From: Eledone cirrhosa
Taxonomy: Eukaryota
DNA length: 64,000 nt
Reading direction: 5' to 3'
NCBI GenBank assembly: GCA_964016885.1
Contig: OZ024757.1
Span: forward strand, 42,780,001 to 42,844,000
The translations under genes were made by a program, and so were the position numbers. Below are positions 1-8,845 of the stretch, in pieces. Numbering within the stretch: the stretch's first letter is position 1; the number at the start of each line of letters is the position of its first letter. Below the pieces are notes generated by a model. That model did not search any database and was not told the origin of the DNA. It worked only from the letters and a program-made list of their open reading frames with translations.

Positions 1-3000
1 GGACCATACACCGCATGCGCCAAGGCCGCCGGACCATACTCCGCATGCGCCAAGGCCGCCGGACCGTTGTGCGCATGCGCCAAGGCCGCCTGACGACTGC
101 GCATGCGTCAAGGTCGCAATACCGAACTGCGCATGCGCTAAGGCCGGCGGACCGTAGTGCGCATTCGCCAAGGCCGCCGGACCGTAGTGCGCATTCGCCA
201 AGGCCGCCGGACCGTAGTGCGCATGCGCCAAGGCCGCCGGACCGTAGTGCGCATGCGCCAAGGCCGCCTAACTGTACTGCGCATGCGTCAAGGTCGCAGT
301 ACCGAACTGCGCATGCGCTAAGGCCGCCGGACCGTACTGCGCATGCGCCAAGGCCGCCGGACCGTAGTGCGCATGCGCCAAAGCCGCCGAACCGTAGTGC
401 GCATGCGCCAAGGTCGCCGGACCTGACTGCGCATGCGCCGCGGCCGCCGGACCGTACTGCGCATGCCCCAAGGCCGCCTGGTTGTACTGCGCATGCCCCA
501 AGGCTGCCTGGTTGTACTGCTAATGCCCCAAGGCCGCCCGACCGTAGTGCGAATGCGCCAAGGCCGCCTGACCGTAGTGCGCATGCGCCAAGGCCGCCGG
601 AGCGTAGTGCGCATGCGTCAAGGTCGCAGTACCGAACTGCGCATGCGCTAAGGCCGCCGGACCGAACTGCGTATGGGCTAAGGCCGCCGGACCGTACTGC
701 GCATGCGCCAAAGCCGCCGGACCGTAGTGCGCATGCGTCAAGGTCGCAGTACCGAACTGCGCATGCGCTAAGGCCGCCGGACCGTACTGCGCATGCGCCA
801 AGGCCGCCGGACCGTACTGCGCATACCCCAAGGCCGCCTGGTTGTACTGCGCATGCCCCAAGGCCGCCCGACCGTAGTGCGCATGCGCCAAAGCCGCCGA
901 ACCGTAGTGCGCATGCGCCAAGGCCGCCTAACTGTACTGCGCATGCGTCAAGGTCGCAGTACCGAACTGCGCATGCGCCAAGGCCGCCGGACCGTACTGC
1001 GAATGCGCCAAGGCCGCCGGACCGTAGTGCGCATGCGCCAAAGCCGCCGAACCGTAGTGCGCATGCGCCAAGGCCGCCGGACCATACTGCGCACGCATGC
1101 GCCGCGGCCGCAGGACCGTAGTGCGCATGCGCCAAGGCCGCCTGGTTGTACTGCGCATGCGCCAAGGCCGCCGGACCGTAGTGCGCATGCGCCAAGGCCG
1201 CCTGACTGTACTGCGCATGCGTCAAGGCCGCAGTACCGAACTGCGTATGGGCTAAGGCCGCCGGACCGTAGTGCGCATGCGCCAAGGCCGCCGGACCGTA
1301 GTGCGCATGCGCCAAGGCCGCCGGACCATACTGCGCATGCGCCAAGGCCGCCGGACCGTAGTGCGCATGCGCCAAGGCCGCCTAACTGTACTGCGCATGC
1401 GTCAAGGTCGCAGTACCGTACTGCGCATGCGCCAAGGCCGCCGAACCGTACTGCGCATGCGCCAAGGCCGCCGAACCGTACTGCGCATGCGCCAAGGCCG
1501 CCGAACCGTACTGCGCATGCGCCAAAGCCGCCGAACCGTAGTGCGCATGCGCCAAAGCCGCTGGACCGTAGTGCGCATGCGCCAAGGCCACTGGACCGTA
1601 CTGCGCGTGCTCTAAGACCGTCGGACCGCAGTGCGCATGCCCCAAGGCCGTCGGACCGTAGTGCGCATGCGCCAAGGCCGCCAGACCGTAGTGCGCATGC
1701 GCCAAGGCCGCCGAACCGTACTGCGCATGCGCCAAGGCCGCCGAACCGTACTGCGCATGCGCCAAGGCCGCCGAACCGTACTGCGCATGCGCCAAGGCCG
1801 CCGAACCGTACTGCGCATGCGCCAAAGCCGCCGAACCGTAGTGCGCATGCGCCAAAGCCGCTGGACCGTAGTGCGCATGCGCCAAGGCCACTGGACCGTA
1901 CTGCGCATGTACCAAGGCCGCCGTCGTAGTGCGCATGCGCCAAGGCCGCCGGAACTTTGTGCGCATGCGCCAAGGCCGCCGGACCGTAGTGCGCATGCGC
2001 CAAGGCCGCCGGAGCATACTGCGCATGCGCCAAGGCCACCGGACCGTAGTGCGCATGAGCCAAGGCCGCCGGACCGTAGTGCGCATGCGCCAAGGCCACC
2101 GGACCGTAGTGCGCATTAGCCAAGGCCGCCGGACCGTAGTGCGCATGCGCCAGAGCCGCCGAACCGTGGTGCACATGCGCCAAGCCCGTCGGACCGTAGT
2201 GCGCATGCGCCAAGCCCGCCGGACCGTAGTGCGCATGCGCCAAGGCCGCCTGACTGTACTGCGCATGCGTCAAGGTCCCAGTACCGAACTGCGCATGCGC
2301 TAAGGCCACCGGACCGTACTGCGCATGCGCCAAGGCCGCCGGACCGTTGTGCGCATGCGCCAGAGCCGCCGAACCGTGGTGTGCATGCGCCAAGGCCGCC
2401 GGACCATACTGCGCATGCGCCAAAGCCGCCTGACTGTACTGCGCATGCGACAAGGCCGCCGGACCGTAGTGCGCATGCGCCCAAGCCGCCGGACCATACT
2501 GCGCATGCGCCAAGGCCGCCGGACCGTAGTGCGCATGCGTCAAGACCGCAGTACCGAACTGCGCATGCGCTAAGGCCGCAGTACCGAACTGCGCATGCGC
2601 CAAGGCCGCCGGACCGTACTGCGCATGCGCCAAGGACGCCGGACCGTAGTGCGCATGCGCCAAAGACGCCGGACCGTAGTGCGCATGCGCCAAAGACGCC
2701 GAACAGTCGTGCCCATGCGCCAAGACCGCCGGACCGTACTGCGCATGCGCCAAGGCCGCTGAACCGTACTGCGCATGCCCCAAAGCCGCCGACCCGTAGT
2801 GCGCATGCACCAAGGCCACCGGACCGTACTGCGCATGCTCTAAGACCGTCGGACCGTAGTGCGCATGCCCCAAGGCCGTCGGACCGTAGTGCGCATGCGC
2901 CAAGGCCGCCAGACCGTAGTGCGCATACGCCAAGGCCGCCGAACCGTACTGCGCATGCGCCAAGGCCGCCGAACCGTACTGCGCATGCGCCAAGGCCGCC

Positions 3001-3167
3001 GAACCGTACTGCGCATGCGCCAAGGCCGCCGAACCGTACTGCGCATGCGCCAAAGCCGCTGGACCGTAGTGCGCATGCGCCAAGGCCACTGGACCGTACT
3101 GCGCATGTACCAAGGCCGCCGTCGTAGTGCGCATGCGCCAATGCCGCCGGACCTTTGTGCGCATGCG

Positions 3168-4132
3168 GTACGGTGGCCTTGGCGCATGCGCACTAAGGTC
3201 TAACGGCATTGGCGCATGCGCACTACGGTTCGGCGGCTTTGACGCACACGGACTACGTTCCGTCAGATTTGGCGCACGCACACTACGGTCCGGCGGTCTT
3301 GGCGCATGCGCACTACGGTCCGGCGACCATGCCGCATGCGCACTACGTTCCGGTGGCCTTGGCACATGCGCAGTACGGTCCGGCGGCTTTTGCGCATGCG
3401 CACTACGGTCTGGCAGCCTTGGCGCATGCGCACTACGGTCCAGCGGCCTTGGCGCATGCGCACTACGTTCCGGTGGCCTTGGCGCATGCGCAGTACGGTC
3501 CAGTGGCCTTGGCGCATGCGTAGTAAGGTCCGGCGCCCTTAGCGCATGCGCAGTACGGTCCGGCAGCCTTGGCGCATGCGCACTAAGGGCCAGCGGTCTT
3601 TGCGCATGCGCACAACGGTCCGGTGGCCTTGGCGCATGCGCACTACGGTCCGGCGGCCTTGGCGCATGCGCACTAAGGTCCGGCGGCCTTGGCGCATGCG
3701 CACTAAGGTCCGGCGGCTTTGGTGCATGCGCACTACGGTCTGGCATCATTGGCGCATGCGCACTACGGTCCGGCGGCCTTGGCGCATGCGCAGTACGGCT
3801 GGCAACCTTGGCGTATGCGCACTACGGTCTGTCGGCCTTGGCGCATGCGCACTACTGTCCGGCGGCCTTGGCGTATGCGCAGTACGGTCCAGCGGCCTTG
3901 GCGCATGCGCACTACGGTTCGGCGGCCTTGGCGCATGCGCACTACGGTTCGGCGGCCTTGGCGCATGCGTACAACGGTCCGGCGGCCTTGGCGCATGCGC
4001 ACTACGGTCTGGCAGCATTGGCGCAGGCGCACTAAGGTCCGGCGGCCTTGGCGCATGCGCACTACGGTCCGACGTCCTTGGCGCATGCGCACTACGGTCC
4101 GACGTCCTTGGCGCATGTGCAGTACGGTCCGG
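3168..4132 (-). repeat. Long inverted arm of the 30-bp satellite (965 bp)
   Basis: After the junction TTTGTGCGCATGCG|GTACGGTGGCCTTGG the monomers read ACTACGGTCCGGCGGCCTTG (reverse complement) up to the AT island. Confidence 0.97.
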
Positions 4133-4604
4133 ATGACTTTTTGGCCATTTTAAGCCTTTATGTTGCCATATTTAGCCATTTTTGAGTCATTTTAGTAATT
4201 TATGATGCAGTTTCAGCCATTCTGTTGTAATATGGCAACATAAATGATTAAATGGCCCTAAAATGGCTAAAACAGCATCATATTTGACAAAAATGACTCG
4301 TAAATGAGTAAAACGGTATCGTAAATGACTAAAATAACTCTAGAAAGGCTACTACAGCATCATAAATGATTAAAATGACTCTAAAACGACTAAAACGTCT
4401 AAAATGACAAAAATGGCTTTAATATAGCTTAAACTGCATCTTAAATGACTAAAACTACTAAAATGACTCCGAAATGGCTAAAAAAAAACATCATAAATGG
4501 CTAAAATGACACTAATGTGGCTAAAACGGACTGTTAAATTGCTAAATTGTCTCAAAAATGGCTAAAACGTCTTCATAAATAAATAAAATGGCTAAAACGT
4601 GGGT
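4133..4604. repeat. AT-rich island 1, type C with a 130-bp deletion (472 bp)
   Basis: Runs from ATGACTTTTTGGCC to GGCTAAAACGTGGGT and lacks the segment between the two ATTTATGATGCAGTTT direct repeats. Confidence 0.97.
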
Positions 4605-6393
4605 GCCGGACCGTAGTGCGCATGCGCCAAGGCCGCCGGACCGTAATGCGCATGCGCCAAGGCCGCCGGACCGTAGTGCGCATGCGCCAAGACCGACTGA
4701 CTGTACTGCGCATGTGTCATCGTCGCAGTACCGCACTGCGCATGCGGTAAGGCCGCCGGACCGTACTGCGCATGCGCCAAGGCCGCCGGACCGTAGTGCG
4801 CAGGCGCCAAGGCCGCCGGACCGTAGTGCGCATGCACCAAGGCCGCCTGAGTGTACTGCGCATGCATCAAGGTCCCAGTACCGTACTGCGCATGCGCAAA
4901 GGCCGCCGGACAGTAGTGCGCATGCGCCAGAGCCGCCGAACCGTAGTGCGCATGCGCCAAGGCCGTCGGACCGTAGTGCGCATGGGCCAAAGCCGCCCGA
5001 CCGTACTGCGCATGCGCTAAGTCCGTAGTACCGTACTGCGCATGCTACAAGGCCGCAGTACCGTACTGCGCATGCGACAAGGCCGCAGTACCGTAGTGCG
5101 CATGCGCCAAGGCCACCGGACCGTAGTGCGCATGAGCCAAGGCCGCCGGACCGTACTGCGCATGCGCCAAGCCCGCCGGACCGTAGTGCGCATGCGCCAA
5201 GGCCGCCTGACTGTACTGCGCATGCGCCAAGGCCGCCTGACTGTACTGCGCATGCGTCAAGGTCCCAGTACCGAACTGCGCATGCGCTAAGGCCACCGGA
5301 CCGTACTGCGCATGCGCCAAGGCCGCCGGACCGTAGTGCGCATGCGCCAGAGCCGCCGAACCCTGGTGTGCATGCGCCAAGGCCGCCGGACCATACTGCA
5401 CATGCGCCAAAGCCACCTGACTGTACTGCGCATGTGCCAAGGCCGCCTGACTGTACTGCGCATGCGACAAGGCCGCCAGACCGTAGTGCGCATGCGCCAA
5501 GGCCACCTAACTGTACTGCGCATGCGTCAAGGTCGCAGTACCGAACTGCGCATGCGCCAAGGCCGCCGGACCGTACTGCGCATGCGCCAAGGCCGCCGGA
5601 CCGTAGTGCGCATGCGCCAAAGCCGCCGAACCGTAGTGCGCATGCGCCAAGGCCGCCGGACCATACTGCGCACGCATGCGCGCGGCCGCAGGACCGTAGT
5701 GCGCATGCGCCAAGGCCGCCTGGTTGTACTGCGCATGCGCCAAGGCCGCCGGACCGTAGTGCGCATGCGCCAAGGCCGCCTGACTGTACTGCGCATGCGT
5801 CAAGGCCGCAGTACCGAACTGCGTATGGGCTAAGGCCGCCGGACCGTACTGCGCATGCGCCAAGGCCGCCGGACCGTAGTGCGCATGCGCCAAGGCCGCC
5901 GGACCGTAGTGCGCCTGCGCCAAGGCCGCCTAACTGTACTGCGCATGCGTTAAATCGCAGTACCGAACTGCGCATGCGCCAAGGCCGCCGGACCGTACTG
6001 CGAATGCGCCAAGGCCGCCGGACCGTAGTGCGCATGCGCCAAAGCCGCCGAACCGTAGTGCGCATGCGCCAAGGCCGCCGGACCATACTGCGCACGCATG
6101 CGCCGCGGCCGCAGGACCGTAGTGCGCATGCGCCAAGGCCGCCTGGTTGTACTGCGCATGCGCCAAGGCCGCCGGACCGTAGTGCGCATGCGCCAAGGCC
6201 GCCTGACTGTACTGCGCATGCGTCAAGGCCGCAGTACCGAACTGCGTATGGGCTAAGGCCGCCGGACCGTACTGCGCATGCGCCAAGGCCGCCGGACCGT
6301 AGTGCGCATGCGCCAAGGCCGCCATACCATACTGCGCATGCGCCAAGGCCGCCAGACCGTAGTGCGCATGCGCCAAGGCCGCCTAACTGTACT

Positions 6394-6433
6394 GCGCATG
6401 CGCACTACGGTCCGGCGGCCTTGGCGCATGCGC
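6394..6433 (-). repeat. Single inverted monomer within the forward array (inverted 20-mer also starts at 20404, 33378, 34673, 47088, 48383 and 60796)
   Basis: GCGCATGCGC-ACTACGGTCCGGCGGCCTTG-GCGCATGCGC, flanked on both sides by forward monomers. Confidence 0.95.
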
Positions 6434-7890
6434 TAAGGCCGCCGGACCGTACTGCGCATGCGCCAATGCCGCCGGACCGTAGTGCGCATGCGCCAAAGCC
6501 GCCGGACCGTAGTGCGCATGCGCCAAGGCCGCCTGGTTGTACTGCGCATGCGCCAAGGCCGCCGGATCGTAGTGCGCATGCGCCAAGGCCGCCTGACTGC
6601 ACTGCGCATGCGTCAAGGCCGCAGTACCGAACTGCGTATGGGCTAAGGCCGCCGGACCGTACTGCGCATGCGCCAAGGCCGCCGGACCGTAGTGCGCATG
6701 CGTCAAGGTCGCAGTACCGAACTGCGCATGCGCTAAGGCCGCCGGACCGTACTGCGCATGCGCCAAGGCCGCCGGACCGTAGTGCGCATGTGCCAAAGCC
6801 GCCGAACCGTAGTGCGCATGCGCCAAGGCCGCCTAACTGTACTGCGCATGCGTCAAGGTCGCAGTACCGAACTGCGCATGCGCCAAGGCCGCCGGACCGT
6901 ACTGCGAATGCGCCAAAGCCGCCGAACCGTAGTGCGCATGCGCCAAGGCCGCCGGACCATACTGCGCACGCATGCCGCGGTCGCAGGACCGTAGTGCGCA
7001 TGCGCCAAGGCCGCCTGGTTGTACTGCGCATGCGCCAAGGCCGCCGGACCGTAGTGCGCATGCGCCAAGGCCGCCTGACTGTACTGCGCATGCGTCAAGG
7101 CCGCAGTACCGAACTGCGTATGGGCTAAGGCCGCCGGACCGTACTGCGCATGCGCCAAGGCCGCCGGACCATACTGCGCATGCGCCAAGGCCGCCGGACC
7201 GTAGTGCGCATGCGCCAAGGCCGCCTAACTGTACTGCGCATGCGTCAAGGTCGCAGTACCGAACTGCGCATGCGCTAAGGCCGCCGGACCGTACTGCGCA
7301 TGCGCCAAGGCCGCGGGACCGTAGTGCGCATGCGCCAAAGCCGCCGGACCGTAGTGCGCATGCGCCAAGGCCGCCGGATCGTAGTGCGCATGCGCCAAGG
7401 CCGCCTGACTGTACTGCGCATGCGTCAAGGCCGCAGTACCGAACTGCGTATGGGCTAAGGCCGCCGGACCGTACTGCGCATGCGCCAAGACCGCCGGACC
7501 GTAGTGCGCATGCGTCAAGGTCGCAGTACCGAACTGCGCTTGCGCTAAGGCCGCCGGACCGTACTGCGCATGCGCCAAGGCCGCCGGACCGTAGTGCTCA
7601 TGCGCCAAAGCCGCCGAACCGTAGTGCGCATGCGCCAAGGCCGCCGGACCAGACTGCGCATGCGCCAAGGCCGCCGGACCGTAGTGCGCATGCGCCAAGG
7701 CCGCCGGACCGTAGTGCGCATGCGCCAAGGCCGCCTGACCGTAGTGCGCATGCGTCAAGGCCGCAGTACCGAACTGCGTATGGGCTAAGGCCGCCGGACC
7801 GTACTGCGCATGCGCCAAGGCCGCCGGACCGTACTGCGCATGCGCCAAGGCCGCCGGACCATACTGCGCATGCGCCAAGGCCGCCGTACA

Positions 7891-8266
7891 GCGCACTACG
7901 GTCTGGCATCATTGGCGCATGCGCACTACGGCCCGGCGGCCTTGGCGCATGCGCAGTACGGCCCGGCAACCTTGGCGTATGCGCACTACGGTCTGTCGGC
8001 CTTGGCGCATGCGCACTACTGTCCGGCGGCCTTGGCGCATGCGCAGTACGGTCCAGCGGCCTTGACGCATGCGCACTACGGTTCGGCGGCCTTGGCGCAT
8101 GCGTACAACGGTCCGGCGGCCTTGGCGCATGCGCACTACGGTCTGGCAGCATTGGCGCATGCGCACTACGGTCCGCCGTCCTTGGCGCATGCGCACTACG
8201 GTCCGCCGTCCTTGGCGCATGCGCACTACGGTCCGACGTCCTTGGCGCATGTGCAGTACGGTCCGG
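7891..8266 (-). repeat. Short inverted arm of the 30-bp satellite (376 bp)
   Basis: Junction CCGCCGTACA|GCGCACTACGG, followed by reverse-complement monomers. Confidence 0.97.
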
Positions 8267-8845
8267 ATGACTTTTTAGCCATTTTAAGCCTTTATGTTGC
8301 CATATTTAGCCATTTTTGAGTCATTTTAGTAATTTATGATGCAGTTTTTACCATTTTAGAGCCATTTATAGTCATTTTAGACGTTTCAGTCGTGTTAGAG
8401 TCATTCTAGTCAATTATGATACGGTTTTAGCATTTTAGTCGTTGATGATGACGTTTTAGTCATTTATGATGCAGATTCAGCCATTCTGTTGTAATATGGC
8501 AACATAAATGATTAAATGGCCCTAAAATGGCTAAAACAGCATCATATTTGACAAAAGTGACTCGTAAATGAGTAAAACGGTATCATAAATGACTAAAATA
8601 ACTCTAGAAAGGCTACTACAGCATCATAAATGATTAAAATGACTCTAAAACGACTAAAACGTCTAAAATGACAAAAATGGCTTTAATATAGCTTAAACTG
8701 CATCTTAAATGACTAAAACTACTAAAATGACTCCGAAATGGCTAAAATGACACTAAAGTGGCTAAAACGGACTGTTAAATTGCTAAATTGTCTCTAAAAT
8801 GGCTAAAACGTCTTCATAAATAAATAAAATGGCTAAAACGTGGGT
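8267..8845. repeat. AT-rich island 2, type A (579 bp)
   Basis: Diagnostic variants CTTTTTAGCC, GCAGATTCAG and ACAAAAGTGA. It lacks the A-run/CATCATAAATGGCT segment of types B and C. Confidence 0.97.

Noticed and set aside
948-3749. His/Ala/Tyr-rich AHAHYGPAAL repeats resembling insect cuticle or histidine-rich proteins
   Set aside because: There is no signal peptide or R&R chitin-binding domain, the same DNA is open in other frames, and the frame is broken by non-triplet indels.
4588-5028. Recurrent MAKTWVP ORF starting in each island behind a TATA-like TAAATAAATAAA
   Set aside because: The ATG is part of the AAAATGGCT sub-repeat and the remainder is translated satellite. There is no independent evidence of a gene.
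4133-5100. Viral or plasmid origin analogy (30-bp palindrome-containing repeats next to an AT-rich unwinding region, as in EBV oriP or baculovirus hr regions)
   Set aside because: The resemblance is architectural only. I recognise no sequence similarity, there are no viral or Rep genes, and the scale fits chromosomal satellite.
8487-8504. RFX X-box-like GTTGTAATATGGCAAC at the island centre
   Set aside because: Only one good half-site (GGCAAC) with atypical spacing. It is explainable as a degenerate 41-bp unit abutting the strand switch.
8485-8504. Possible transposon termini flanking a TA target (TGTTGTAA-TA-TGGCAACA)
   Set aside because: The inverted match is only 5-6 bp and does not extend cleanly, which is insufficient to call terminal inverted repeats or a target-site duplication.
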